Shown here piece by piece: positions 30,186 to 40,540 of a stretch of 64,000 nt of DNA. The stretch's first letter is position 1; each line of letters begins with the position of its first letter. The notes under the pieces were generated by a model. It did no database searches, was not told the DNA's origin, and saw only the letters and a list, made by a program, of their open reading frames with translations. This stretch comes from Alphaproteobacteria bacterium (GTDB lineage Bacteria > Pseudomonadota > Alphaproteobacteria > RF32 > CAG-239). The position numbers and the translations under genes were made by a program. The DNA lies in contig JAFTWG010000001.1 of assembly GCA_017465405.1 (NCBI GenBank), positions 126,261 through 190,260 on the forward strand. Direction: 5' to 3'.

Positions 30186-31580
30186 TTGGTTAAAAAGCTG
30201 ATAAAACAAATATATCCTACAATTAAGAGCAAACAATATTGGGTTACATTTTGTTCTACATTTGCCATTGGATTGGCCATAATTTTAGTTATGTTCAATT
30301 ATACACCGGTAGAAGCTTCGATTTCTCCGGAAAAAACTATTGAACAAATCAAAAACGAAGCTATAGAAAATTTTGAAGAAGAAACCGTTTTATCCGATAA
30401 CGATACCAATTTAGATGCTGTTGAAGAAGCAAAAAATATCCAAATCGTCGAAATAAAATCGGGCGATACATTATTAAAAATGTTAACCGGATTAGGACTT
30501 GATTATAACGAAGCCAACAATATATTCCTTGCTACCAAAAAAGTTTTTGATCCCAGAGATTTGCGAGTTGGTCAAAAGTTTGAGATAGAGCTGTCAGAAG
30601 ACGGCAAATCAGTTATCTCTATGCGTTCAACTTTACGTACCAGCGAACATTTACAATTATCTCAAAATGAAGAAGGTAAATATTCTGCACAAATCATTAA
30701 AGACGAGCTTACTTTAGAACTCCAGTCCGCTAAAGGAAAAATTAACGGAACTCTTTCTATTGCGATGAACAACAATGGTGTGCCAAAGAGTATTGTTGCC
30801 GATTTTATTAATATATACTCTTATAGCATAGATTTCCGTCGTGATGTAAAAAAAGGCGACAGCTACGAAATTATATATGAAAATTATATCACTCCTGAGG
30901 GAAAAATCGCTAAATATGGCAATATTATATATGCTGTTCTAAATCTTGGAAAAAGTAAAATAGAACTCTATCGTTTTAAGGATTCAAACGGAAATGTTGA
31001 CTATTATGATGCTAAAGGTTTAGCTTTGAAAAAAACATTAAGCCGCCGTCCAATGCAATATCAATCCGGTAGAATATCTTCATATTTCGGTCGTCGTCGT
31101 CACCCAATATACAAAGATATTCGAGTTCACTGGGGAATTGATTACCCTGCTCCCAAAGGTTCTCATATTTACGCCGCCGGTGATGGTGTGATTCAAGTTG
31201 CTCAATACCGTAGCGGATATGGCAACTACATAAAAATTCGTCATAACAGCGAATATAGCACCGCATACGGACACATGAACGGTTTTGCAAAAGGGATGAA
31301 ACCGGGAACCAGAGTTAAACAAGGTCAAATTATCGGCTATGTAGGTTCTACCGGTCGTTCTACCGGACCACATTTACACTACGAAGTCATTAAAAACGGC
31401 AAACGTGTCAATCCACTGACAATCAAAGCTTCTGCATCTGAAAACTTGCGCGGACAAAAGCTGGCAAAATTCAAAAAAGAAGTTGCAAAAATTAATAGCA
31501 CTTATGAAAAAATGCTGGCTAACAAGCAAAAAGAAGAAAAAATTGCCCAATCTCCGACTACCAACCCATCTGAGATTTAA
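30186..31580 (+). CDS. M23 family peptidoglycan endopeptidase with LysM-like N-region
   Basis: 'HWGIDYPAPKGSHIYAAGDG...GYVGSTGRSTGPHLHYEV' is the M23 HxxxD/HxH signature. The TTG start at 30186 is uncertain; the ATG at 30291 is an alternative. Confidence 0.75.
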   Translation: MVKKLIKQIYPTIKSKQYWVTFCSTFAIGLAIILVMFNYTPVEASISPEKTIEQIKNEAIENFEEETVLSDNDTNLDAVEEAKNIQIVEIKSGDTLLKMLTGLGLDYNEANNIFLATKKVFDPRDLRVGQKFEIELSEDGKSVISMRSTLRTSEHLQLSQNEEGKYSAQIIKDELTLELQSAKGKINGTLSIAMNNNGVPKSIVADFINIYSYSIDFRRDVKKGDSYEIIYENYITPEGKIAKYGNIIYAVLNLGKSKIELYRFKDSNGNVDYYDAKGLALKKTLSRRPMQYQSGRISSYFGRRRHPIYKDIRVHWGIDYPAPKGSHIYAAGDGVIQVAQYRSGYGNYIKIRHNSEYSTAYGHMNGFAKGMKPGTRVKQGQIIGYVGSTGRSTGPHLHYEVIKNGKRVNPLTIKASASENLRGQKLAKFKKEVAKINSTYEKMLANKQKEEKIAQSPTTNPSEI

Positions 31581-31995
31581 ATACTTCTTTATCAATTCCG
31601 TTGATTGTTAATATATCGGGATTTTTAATAATTTCCGGAAATTCGGTCATACGAAAAACACTTCGCTCATCTGCGCCATCAACAAATGCCGTCACATTAC
31701 CGGAAGCACATTCTATATATCTCTTTGATGCCACTCGCCAAACCTCGGCAATTTTCTCCATATCATCATCATTTTGAGCAAAGTCTTCTAAATTAAGCTC
31801 AAGCAAAGCTTTGCCGCAAGGGGTATAATCAAGAATTGTCGATGACCGATTTTGAGCAACATATTCTTTAGCTTTAATCTTATTTTCTTTTGACGGTTGA
31901 AAACTTACTGAAAAAACTACTACACTGTCTTTTGAAGTTTGCACATCATAAGTTAAAGCAATTTCCATTGCTTTTCGCAATAATTCTTTATCCAT
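31558..31995 (-). CDS. hypothetical protein (145 aa), translationally coupled to clpB
   Basis: Its ATG overlaps the clpB TAA stop by 1 nt (taATG); no motif recognised. Confidence 0.4.
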   Translation of the reverse strand: MDKELLRKAMEIALTYDVQTSKDSVVVFSVSFQPSKENKIKAKEYVAQNRSSTILDYTPCGKALLELNLEDFAQNDDDMEKIAEVWRVASKRYIECASGNVTAFVDGADERSVFRMTEFPEIIKNPDILTINGIDKEVFKSQMGW

Positions 31996-34550
31996 TATAT
32001 TTTCTCTATATCCAGTTCGTTATCTTTGACAACAATACTTGCCGTATCATTATCTGCTATATCTCCATTCAAAATTTTTAAGGCAAGTTTATTTTCTATC
32101 TGTGTTTTTATCAAACGTTTCAACGGACGAGCTCCGAAAATTTCATCATATCCGTTTTCTGAAATCCACGATACCGCAGCATCACTAAAATACAACTTAA
32201 TATTTCGTTCTTCTAATCTTTTTTCAATATTATGCAGTTGTATTTTTGCAATTTGACGAATATCCTCTTTACCCAACTTATGAAACATACTTATTTCATC
32301 TATTCGATTGATAAATTCAGGACGGAATGCCGTTTTAACAACATTCATAACGTCTTCCTTGCTGCCACCACGCATCAAAATATCCGAACCCAAATTTGAT
32401 GTCATAATTATTATGGTATTTTTGAAATCAACCGTACGTCCTTTGCTATCGGTTAAACGTCCGTCATCAAGAACCTGCAACAATATATTAAATACATCGG
32501 GATGCGCCTTCTCAACTTCGTCAAACAGCAAAACTTGATAAGGGCGACGACGAACAGATTCGGTCAAAGCTCCACCCTCTTCATATCCTACATAACCGGG
32601 AGGAGAACCGATAAGACGAGCAACCGCATGCTTTTCCATATATTCCGACATATCAATTCTAAACATTGCGTTTTCATCATTAAACAGAAACTCGGCCAAT
32701 GCTTTACTCAATTCGGTTTTACCGACACCGGTCGGACCTAAAAATAAAAACGATCCGATTGGTTGTTTATGATCACTAATTCCGGCACGAGAGCGACGAA
32801 CCGCATTGGAAACCGCCGAAATGGCATCTTTTTGCCCGACAACTCGTTGAGATAAAAATTCTTCCATACGTAGCAACTTATCTTTTTCGCCTTCCAACAT
32901 TTTATCTACCGGAATCCCCGTCCATTTAGAAATAACTTCAGCTATTGCCGTGTCGGTCACCACCTGTTCCGTTTCATTTTTTTGCTCTTCCGCCAAATTT
33001 TCAAGCTCTTTTAATTTCTTTTCTAATTGCGGAATCTCCCCATATTGCAACTGACCGGCTTTTTCAAATTGTCCATTTCTTTGGGCTATCATTACTTCTA
33101 TTTTAGCTTTGTCCAGCTTGTCTTTTACATCGGTCAAATCAGCCAATGCCTGCTTTTGCGAAAACCACTTTTCAGATAATCTTTTAGCTTTTTCTTCTTC
33201 ATCCGCAATATCTTTTTCTATCTCTTGCAGACGTTTTTTTGATTGTTCATCTTTTTCTTTTTTCAAGGCTTCTCTTTCAATTTTAAGCTGCAATATTTTT
33301 CTGTCTAAGCTATCTAATTCTTCCGGTTTAGAATCTATTGCCATTCTTAAAGCACTGGCGGCCTCATCCATTAAGTCTATTGCCTTGTCCGGTAAAAATC
33401 TGTCACTGATATATCTATCAGACAATGTCACCGCAGAAATTAGAGCGCTGTCCGAAATTCTGACTCCATGATGCAGTTCAAACTTTTCTTTAATTCCTCG
33501 TAAAATGGATATACTTTCTTCAATTCCGGGTTCTGCAACAAAAACCGGTTGGAAACGTCGAGCCAAAGCAGCATCTTTTTCAACATATTTTTTATATTCA
33601 TTTAATGTTGTTGCCCCCAAACAATGCAGTTCACCTCTGGCTAAAGCAGGTTTTAATAAATTAGAGGCATCCATAGAACCTTCACTTGCTCCGGCACCGA
33701 CAATTGTATGCATTTCATCAATAAACAAAATTATTTGTCCTTCCGATGCTTCGACATCTTTTAAAACTGCTTTTAAGCGTTCTTCAAACTCACCTCTGAA
33801 CTTTGCTCCGGCAATCAATGCTCCCATATCAAGAGCTAACAACCTTTTTCCTTTTAGACTTTCCGGAACATCATTATTGATAATACGCATTGCCAAGCCT
33901 TCAACAATTGCTGTTTTTCCTACTCCGGGTTCTCCGATAAGAACCGGATTATTTTTGGTTCTGCGTGATAAAACTTGAACCGAACGGCGAATTTCATTAT
34001 CTCTACCGATGACCGGATCAAGTTTTCCTTCTTTCGCTTTTGCCGTAATATCTATTGCATATTTTTTTAGAGCTTCAAAATTGTCTTCGGCATTTACACT
34101 ATCAGCTAAACGTCCTTGACGATAATCAGAAATAACCTGATTCATTTTTTGCGGATTGATGTCATTATTTTTCAAAATATTATATGCTTCGTTTCCGGCT
34201 GTTGTTACTAATGCTTGCAACAAACGCTCGACCGTAACATATTTATCGTTAGCTTTATCGGCAATTTTTTCCGCAGATAGTGTAACGGCAGAAAAATCTT
34301 GTGAAGCAACAGTTTGAACATTACCTGACACTTGCGGAATTTTTAAAAAAGCTTCATTCACATCATTTTTAAGACGGCTGATATTTCCACCGGATTGTGT
34401 AATTATCTTTTCTATTACATTATCATTTTCATCAAGCATGGCTTTTAACAGGTGAAGCGCCGTAATATACTGATGTTGAGATGCAATTGCATTATTAATT
34501 GCTGTTTTAATAAGTTCTTGAGAACGAGTAGTAAACTTTTCCGAATTCAT
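31995..34550 (-). CDS. clpB: chaperone ClpB (Hsp104/Hsp100 disaggregase)
   Basis: Two AAA modules ('[15 protein letters not shown]', '[17 protein letters not shown]') and a coiled-coil middle domain. True start '[11 protein letters not shown]' is at 34550 with an aggag RBS; the track ORF extends to 34613. Confidence 0.95.
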   Translation of the reverse strand: MNSEKFTTRSQELIKTAINNAIASQHQYITALHLLKAMLDENDNVIEKIITQSGGNISRLKNDVNEAFLKIPQVSGNVQTVASQDFSAVTLSAEKIADKANDKYVTVERLLQALVTTAGNEAYNILKNNDINPQKMNQVISDYRQGRLADSVNAEDNFEALKKYAIDITAKAKEGKLDPVIGRDNEIRRSVQVLSRRTKNNPVLIGEPGVGKTAIVEGLAMRIINNDVPESLKGKRLLALDMGALIAGAKFRGEFEERLKAVLKDVEASEGQIILFIDEMHTIVGAGASEGSMDASNLLKPALARGELHCLGATTLNEYKKYVEKDAALARRFQPVFVAEPGIEESISILRGIKEKFELHHGVRISDSALISAVTLSDRYISDRFLPDKAIDLMDEAASALRMAIDSKPEELDSLDRKILQLKIEREALKKEKDEQSKKRLQEIEKDIADEEEKAKRLSEKWFSQKQALADLTDVKDKLDKAKIEVMIAQRNGQFEKAGQLQYGEIPQLEKKLKELENLAEEQKNETEQVVTDTAIAEVISKWTGIPVDKMLEGEKDKLLRMEEFLSQRVVGQKDAISAVSNAVRRSRAGISDHKQPIGSFLFLGPTGVGKTELSKALAEFLFNDENAMFRIDMSEYMEKHAVARLIGSPPGYVGYEEGGALTESVRRRPYQVLLFDEVEKAHPDVFNILLQVLDDGRLTDSKGRTVDFKNTIIIMTSNLGSDILMRGGSKEDVMNVVKTAFRPEFINRIDEISMFHKLGKEDIRQIAKIQLHNIEKRLEERNIKLYFSDAAVSWISENGYDEIFGARPLKRLIKTQIENKLALKILNGDIADNDTASIVVKDNELDIEKI

Positions 34551-34666
34551 CTTGATATCTCCTATATGTAATATATAGTTAACGACAAATTGCAAAATCA
34601 AGTATCCAAACAAAAAAACCTCTCCGTTTCCGAAGAGGTTTTTTAATACCTTATATTAAATTGAAA

Positions 34667-35035
34667 TTACTTCAATTCAACTTTAGCACCAGCGTCTTCA
34701 AGTTTCTTCTTGATTTCTTCAGCTTCAGCCTTAGGAGCATTTTCCTTAATAGTTTTAGGAGCACCATCAACTAAATCTTTAGCTTCTTTCAAGCCTAATT
34801 GAGTGATAGCACGGATTTCTTTAATAACATTGATTTTGTTATCACCGGCAGCAACCAAAACTACTTCGAATTCATCTTTTTCTTCAGCAGCGGCAGCACC
34901 AGCACCCGGAGCAGCTACAGCAACAGCAGCGGCAGCAGAAACGCCCCATTTTTCTTCTAACATTTTTGAAAGATCAGCAGCTTCCATAACAGTCAAAGCT
35001 GACAATTCATCTACTAACTTGGCTAAATCGGCCAT
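34667..35035 (-). CDS. rplL: 50S ribosomal protein L7/L12
   Basis: '[22 protein letters not shown]...' with an Ala-rich hinge and conserved C-terminal domain. Confidence 0.95.
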   Translation of the reverse strand: MADLAKLVDELSALTVMEAADLSKMLEEKWGVSAAAAVAVAAPGAGAAAAEEKDEFEVVLVAAGDNKINVIKEIRAITQLGLKEAKDLVDGAPKTIKENAPKAEAEEIKKKLEDAGAKVELK

Positions 35036-35095
35036 TTTTTTTCTCCATAAATAAATTAAATCTTGTTTTATAAAAAACTACAACACACACAGCAA

Positions 35096-35578
35096 TTAAG
35101 CTGCTTCTTTTTCTGAATAAGCTTTGGTAACACGAGCCAATTGAGCACCCGGAGCTTGCAAAAGACCAATAATCTTTGCACGCAATTCGTCGAGAGACGG
35201 GATGCTTGCCAATGTTTTGATTTCGTCGATTGACAATACACCGGTACTTAAAGCACCACCAACGATAACCAATTTCTCATTACCTTTTGCGAATTCTACA
35301 CAAGCTTTACAAGCAGAAATCGGATCATTGGCGAATGCAATAGCAGTCGGACCTTTGAACAAATCTTCAAGACCTGCAAATTTTGTATCTTTCAGAGCCA
35401 GACGTGTGATGCGATTTTTAGTAACTCTGAAACCAGCTCCGGCTTTGCGGATGTTGTCACGCAATTCTGATACTTCTGCAACTGTCAATCCCTTATAGTG
35501 AGAGATTACAATTGACTCAGAATCATTGAACAACTGCTTTAATTCTTCGAGCAACTGTACTTTTTCATCACGATTCAC
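35096..35578 (-). CDS. rplJ: 50S ribosomal protein L10
   Basis: Position immediately upstream of rplL, and L10-like sequence. Confidence 0.9.
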   Translation of the reverse strand: MNRDEKVQLLEELKQLFNDSESIVISHYKGLTVAEVSELRDNIRKAGAGFRVTKNRITRLALKDTKFAGLEDLFKGPTAIAFANDPISACKACVEFAKGNEKLVIVGGALSTGVLSIDEIKTLASIPSLDELRAKIIGLLQAPGAQLARVTKAYSEKEAA

Positions 35579-35832
35579 TTTTCTATCTCCAAATTAAACA
35601 TTGCATAAACAATGTTTGATTTCACAATTCTACCACTGCAAGCAGTGGCAAGGTTAATCTGTCCGGGAGAAAAAATTAAGAAATTTTATTAACTCCGTCT
35701 ATGCAGGATATTTAAGGTTACCCGCCTGCAGTCTTGGACAGTTTCTCGGATATTTCCGAGATTGCGGGACGGACGAAAGTCCGTCCCAAACTCTTTAATC
35801 TCTAATTTTTACAATCAAGCTAGAGCCGATTA
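35579..35832 (-). promoter_or_regulatory. probable L10 (rplJ) leader, structured 5' UTR
   Basis: About 250 nt untranslated between rplA and rplJ. It contains the hairpin 'gggacggactttcgtccgtccc' and further paired segments. The position matches the L10-leader autoregulatory element; the fold was not computed. Confidence 0.35.
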
Positions 35833-36516
35833 TTAAAGATTAGAAAGATCAACATGTACACCAGCGCCCATTGTAGAGCTGATGCAAATTTTCTTCATAT
35901 AAGTACCTTTAGCACCTGAAGGTTTAGCTTTTATGATAGCATCAATCAAAGTTTTTGCATTTTCATAAATAGCTTCTTCGCTAAAGCTTACTTTACCGAT
36001 ACCGGCATGAACAATACCTGTTTTTTCTGCACGATATTGAACTTCACCGGCCTTAGCTTTTTTAACAGCTCCGGCAACATCCATGGTAACAGTACCCAAT
36101 TTCGGGTTTGGCATTAAGCCTTTAGGTCCCAAAATACGAGCAACACGACCAGCCATACCCATCATATCAGGAGTAGCGATACAACGATCAAAATCAACCT
36201 TTCCGGAAAGGATAGAGTCGATTAAGTTTTCAGCACCGACAACATCTGCACCTGCAGCCTTAGCTTCATCAGCTTTTTCGCCTTGAGCCAAAACAGCTAC
36301 ACGAATAGTTTTACCGGTACCGTTAGGTAAAGAGCATACACCTCTTACCATTTGATCGGCATATTTCGGATCAACACCAAGATTGATAGCCATATCAACA
36401 GTTTCGTCAAATTTGGCATTTGCATTTTCTTTAACAAGTTTAACAGCTTCTTTCAAAGAATAGAGCTTTGACTTGTCAATAGTTTTATAGATATTAGCAA
36501 TTCTCTTTCCTGTCAT
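35833..36516 (-). CDS. rplA: 50S ribosomal protein L1
   Basis: Typical L1 sequence downstream of rplK. Confidence 0.95.
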   Translation of the reverse strand: MTGKRIANIYKTIDKSKLYSLKEAVKLVKENANAKFDETVDMAINLGVDPKYADQMVRGVCSLPNGTGKTIRVAVLAQGEKADEAKAAGADVVGAENLIDSILSGKVDFDRCIATPDMMGMAGRVARILGPKGLMPNPKLGTVTMDVAGAVKKAKAGEVQYRAEKTGIVHAGIGKVSFSEEAIYENAKTLIDAIIKAKPSGAKGTYMKKICISSTMGAGVHVDLSNL

Positions 36517-36520
36517 TGTC

Positions 36521-36961
36521 CTACTCCACTACTTTAACGCCCATAGAAACAGCTTGACCTTTAACCATATTCATAGCTGCTTCAACTGTTGAACAATTCA
36601 AGTCAGGAAGTTTTGCAGTAGCAATTTCTCTTACTTGATCCATGGTAATTTGACCAGCAACAGTTTTGCCCGGTTCTTTAGAAGCAGACTTAATTTTTGC
36701 AGCGGTCTTGATGTAGTAAGCAACCGGAGGAAGCTTTGTAATGAATGTGAAAGACTTATCTTCAAAAGCTGTAATAACTACAGGAACAGGAATACCCGGT
36801 TCCATTTTTTGAGTAGCAGCATTGAAAGCCTTACAAAATTCCATAATATTCAAGCCTTTTTGACCCAATGCAGGACCAACCGGAGGAGAAGGGTTTGCCT
36901 TTCCAGCGGGGATTTGAAGCTTGATTAATCCTAAAATCTTCTTTTTAGATTTAACAGCCAT
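36521..36961 (-). CDS. rplK: 50S ribosomal protein L11
   Basis: '[22 protein letters not shown]' L11 signature. Confidence 0.95.
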   Translation of the reverse strand: MAVKSKKKILGLIKLQIPAGKANPSPPVGPALGQKGLNIMEFCKAFNAATQKMEPGIPVPVVITAFEDKSFTFITKLPPVAYYIKTAAKIKSASKEPGKTVAGQITMDQVREIATAKLPDLNCSTVEAAMNMVKGQAVSMGVKVVE

Positions 36962-37118
36962 TTTAATACCTCACTTTAGGTTTGTGGTAAGATTATGGCT
37001 AATCCCCCACAAATTATTATAAATACACGATTCGCATTTCGATAGAACAGAGTCCTGTCGAAATGTTGCCTCTGTATAACACAACAATTTAATTTTGCAA
37101 GCTTTTTTTTACAAAAAA

Positions 37119-38882
37119 TTAATCAATTTTTATTTTTAGCAATTCTTCACATTGCTTATCCATTTGTTCTTCGACGTTAACATAATTTTTTACTATGTCA
37201 TCAATATCGGCTTGGGTAATTTTTCGTTCTCGCAAGTCTATGGCTTTATAATCTTTTCCATAGACAGAGTAATAATCCTCGTACTTCAAATCCCCACCGA
37301 TTATTTCATCAGAAAAAGAAACTCGTTTGTTTGGAATCCCCAAAGCATCAGCAAATATTAAACCATGCAAAGAAGAAGATAAAATGCAATAACAATCCAT
37401 CATATCACGTAAAACTTGTATCGGAGTATCTTCAACTGTAATAATTTTCACATTATCAGGTATAACATTTTTTATACTTTCTTCATTTTTATCATAGAAG
37501 TGAGGAATTACACCAATATACTTACCTTTGGGACGATTATAGTCCTTAACTATTTCCCTTATCAAAACAGCCGGATCCGCAGTTATACTTACATTAATCC
37601 CCAGTAATTGCTTTATCTTTTCTTGAGATTTTTTTCCTCTTATCGCAAATATATTAAGTTTTCTTCCAAATTTTTCCGGGAACACAATATCTCGATGCAT
37701 TCCTGTACCTATTATAGTAATTTCTTTCTTTTCACGAACATTTCCCTCAAATATACGCGACAACAAAGAGCCTACACAATATAAATTTGCTCGATTAAGA
37801 TTAGGTATTACACACCAACCATAAATATAACGAGCAATATAAAGATTAAGCATGTCTCCAAAATTCGAAAAACCGGAAAAAACAGCCATTCTCCAGATTT
37901 TTCTTTTTCCCGGATATCGTCTTTTTCTGGTCACATACCAACATTTTAAATATGTAATAATCTTTTTAAAATAAGAGACTTTGGAATATTTGATAATATT
38001 TTCTGTTAAAACACAGCCATTATTTTTTGCAAAATCATATATTTTTTCCAGTTCTGCACTTTCAAACCCGTATTTTTTTATATCTGCAAAAACTTTTCTG
38101 AAAACTTTTTTATACTTTCGCAATAATAGTTTTCTGTATTCAGGAATATAACGTATATTGATTTCCCCACCCAGAACTGCATATAAATTTTTTATAAGAG
38201 CGTTTTGTCCTTGATATATTCCCTCCGCACTTATCCTGTACATATACGAACAATCAGGCAACACCGCCAAATTTCCAAATTTCAACATATAAAGGGTCAT
38301 TGTTGTATCATTTACAAAATTATATGGAAAATTTTGCGGAAAACCAAAATAAAAAATATTTCTGAAAGTAATAGAACAATTATGTACATATAATTTTTCT
38401 TGAATATACGACACTATGGAATAAATTTTAACTTCTTCACAAATAGGGTGAGGTTTCATATTTCCATTTTCTTGAACAAGAGTATGCCCGCTTCCGCATC
38501 CTATACATTTAGGATTTGCATTCAATACATCAACTTGTTTTTGAAATTTATATTCATCTCCGTAATAATCATCACCATCAAGCAACATAAAAAATTTGCC
38601 TTTAGCGTGTTTAATTAAATTTAAACGATTCGAAGCAGCTTTTTCGATATTTATGCAGTTCAAATCTGCGCAAAAAGATTCATACACCTTAATAAAATCA
38701 TATTTATCAGTGTATTCCTTTATTATTTTCAGGCTTTCTTCCTTTTTACCATCAAGTCCGATTAGCACTTCATAATCAAAGTTTGTTTTTTGACATACAA
38801 TACTATTTAATGTATTTCGTATATATTTTTCTTGATTACAAAAAGTTACACACACAGATAACGTTACCATAATGAGCTCCAA
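37119..38882 (-). CDS. bifunctional glycosyltransferase: N-terminal GT2 family + C-terminal polysaccharide pyruvyl-transferase-like domain
   Basis: N-terminal 'VTLSVCVTFCNQEKYIRNTLNSIVCQ...DYEVLIGLDG...FMLLDGDDYY' shows the GT-A DxD. The C-terminal half 'FSNFGDMLNLYIARYI...IIGTGMH' resembles PS_pyruv_trans. Confidence 0.55.
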   Translation of the reverse strand: MELIMVTLSVCVTFCNQEKYIRNTLNSIVCQKTNFDYEVLIGLDGKKEESLKIIKEYTDKYDFIKVYESFCADLNCINIEKAASNRLNLIKHAKGKFFMLLDGDDYYGDEYKFQKQVDVLNANPKCIGCGSGHTLVQENGNMKPHPICEEVKIYSIVSYIQEKLYVHNCSITFRNIFYFGFPQNFPYNFVNDTTMTLYMLKFGNLAVLPDCSYMYRISAEGIYQGQNALIKNLYAVLGGEINIRYIPEYRKLLLRKYKKVFRKVFADIKKYGFESAELEKIYDFAKNNGCVLTENIIKYSKVSYFKKIITYLKCWYVTRKRRYPGKRKIWRMAVFSGFSNFGDMLNLYIARYIYGWCVIPNLNRANLYCVGSLLSRIFEGNVREKKEITIIGTGMHRDIVFPEKFGRKLNIFAIRGKKSQEKIKQLLGINVSITADPAVLIREIVKDYNRPKGKYIGVIPHFYDKNEESIKNVIPDNVKIITVEDTPIQVLRDMMDCYCILSSSLHGLIFADALGIPNKRVSFSDEIIGGDLKYEDYYSVYGKDYKAIDLRERKITQADIDDIVKNYVNVEEQMDKQCEELLKIKID

Positions 38883-38960
38883 CAGTACAAAATAATAATT
38901 ACCTACATAACATAATATTATAAATATGCAACTTTATTTTATTTATTCTATAAAAAACAA

Positions 38961-38990
38961 AAAAGGTCGCATATCTCTATGCGACCTTTT
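38961..38990. terminator. hairpin 'ggtcgcatatctctatgcgacc' with A/T flanks
   Basis: Inverted repeat between mscL and the GT gene. Confidence 0.5.
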
Positions 38991-39010
38991 TGCACCATAA
39001 AAAATTATGA

Positions 39011-39499
39011 TTATTTTTTAGCTCTCGGTTTTCTTGCTTTTGGAGCATCTTCCTTAGCCTTTTCAGACTTCAATTCAGAAGTACAATGAGGGCAACGAGT
39101 AGCTTTTATATCAACAGTTGAACAACAAAACGGACACTGCTTGGTTGTCGGAGCTGCAGCTTCCGCATCAGCTTCTTTTTTATCCAATGCAGATTGAAGC
39201 TTGTTTAATGCCTTAATTAAAATGAACACGGCAAAAGCCACAATGATAAAACTGATTAACGCATTAAAGAACAAACCATAGTTAATAGAAACAGGATTTT
39301 CTCCTGAAGAAATAACCCATTTCAAATCTGAAAAATCAACCTTACCTAATAACAAACCGATAGGAGGCATAATTACATCTTTAACCATTGAGTCAACAAT
39401 TTTACCGAAAGCGGCACCGATGATAATACCGACAGCCATATCAATAACATTGCCACGCATTGCGAATTTTTTAAATTCCGTAAAAAAAGATTTTATCAT
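39011..39499 (-). CDS. mscL: large-conductance mechanosensitive channel MscL with C-terminal zinc-ribbon extension
   Basis: '[20 protein letters not shown]' is the MscL TM1 signature. The C-terminal '[18 protein letters not shown]' is a CxxC..CxxC ribbon followed by a Lys/Arg tail. Confidence 0.8.
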   Translation of the reverse strand: MIKSFFTEFKKFAMRGNVIDMAVGIIIGAAFGKIVDSMVKDVIMPPIGLLLGKVDFSDLKWVISSGENPVSINYGLFFNALISFIIVAFAVFILIKALNKLQSALDKKEADAEAAAPTTKQCPFCCSTVDIKATRCPHCTSELKSEKAKEDAPKARKPRAKK

Positions 39500-39526
39500 T
39501 TTTAGTTCCTTACATTAGTTTACAAA

Positions 39527-39556
39527 TAAAAAAGGCTGAAAATATCGCTTTCCAGC
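39527..39556 (-). terminator. terminator downstream of nusG
   Basis: Minus-strand hairpin 'ggctggaaagcgatattttcagcc' followed by 'ttttttatttg'. Confidence 0.5.
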
Positions 39557-39578
39557 CCTAAATTTTTCATATTGCCGG

Positions 39579-40109
39579 TTAAATTTTTTCAACCTGATTA
39601 AAGTCTAAATCAACCGGAGTCGGACGACCGAAAATAGAAACAGAAAGTTTCAAACGAGATTTTTCTGTATCAACATCTTCAACCAAACCGATAAATGAAG
39701 CAAACGGACCATCACAAACTCTGACTTGTTCGCCAACTTCAAATTTGATAATGGTTTGCGGACGTTCAACACCTTCTTCAATTTGTTTGATAATACGCTC
39801 TGCTTCTGCATCAGAAATCGGGAGAGGCTTATTTCTCGGCCCCAAAAATCCGGTAACACGAGGAGTGTTTTTAATAACCATCCAACAATCGTCTGACATT
39901 TCCATTTTCACCAAGACATATCCCGGGAAAAATTTACGTTCAGAGTTTACTTTGGTACCCTTCTTAACTTCAACAACATTCTCGGTAGGCACCATAACCT
40001 CAAGAATTTTATCTTCCATATTTTTTAATACGGCTTGTTCTCTAAGCGATTCGGCAACCTTTTTCTCAGAACCGGAATAAACGTGAACAACATACCAACG
40101 AGCGGCCAT
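39579..40109 (-). CDS. nusG: transcription antiterminator NusG
   Basis: 'WYVVHVYSGSEKKV' N-terminal NGN domain and KOW motif. ATG at 40109 has an AGGAG RBS; the track uses a TTG at 40127. Confidence 0.9.
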   Translation of the reverse strand: MAARWYVVHVYSGSEKKVAESLREQAVLKNMEDKILEVMVPTENVVEVKKGTKVNSERKFFPGYVLVKMEMSDDCWMVIKNTPRVTGFLGPRNKPLPISDAEAERIIKQIEEGVERPQTIIKFEVGEQVRVCDGPFASFIGLVEDVDTEKSRLKLSVSIFGRPTPVDLDFNQVEKI

Positions 40110-40119
40110 AAACTGTCTC

Positions 40120-40308
40120 CTAACCAAAGATTAATTTAACGAGAAAGCCGAAAAACTGATCAACAAAAAAGAAAAATGTTGCAGCAATAGCGACCAAAAC
40201 CAAAACCATAAAAGAAGTTTGTGTAACTTCTCCTCTTGTCGGCCATGTAACTTTTTTAACCTCTTGTTTTACTTGTCTGAAAAATGTAATCGGATTAACT
40301 TTTGCCAT
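40120..40308 (-). CDS. secE: preprotein translocase subunit SecE
   Basis: 62 aa, 'FFRQVKQEVKKVTWPTRGEV' followed by one TM helix. Canonical position upstream of nusG. Confidence 0.85.
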   Translation of the reverse strand: MAKVNPITFFRQVKQEVKKVTWPTRGEVTQTSFMVLVLVAIAATFFFFVDQFFGFLVKLIFG

Positions 40309-40540
40309 CGACTTTACCCAAATATAAAAACTTTAAACCCAACACCGAAAATCGGCGAAACCACAACTGCAAACATTATCGAATTTAGCCTCGATATGTA
40401 TCGCAGACTTTTTAAGTTGTGCTTAATAAATATCTTTTAAGGCGATATGTCAAGCAATTATTTTATAATATCCTGATTTTTACTGTTTTTATACATATAA
40501 AGCCGGAGGTTATCCGGCTTTATATTCTTTTGTAAAAAAA

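Noticed and set aside
36962-37118. L1-binding leader (L11 operon autoregulatory site) upstream of rplK
   Set aside because: The expected L1-binding motif could not be recognised confidently by eye in this short, AT-rich region; left unannotated.
40219-40440. 73-aa ORF upstream of secE where tRNA-Trp is normally found
   Set aside because: No RBS or motif and AT-rich intergenic composition; no tRNA-like cloverleaf could be drawn by eye.
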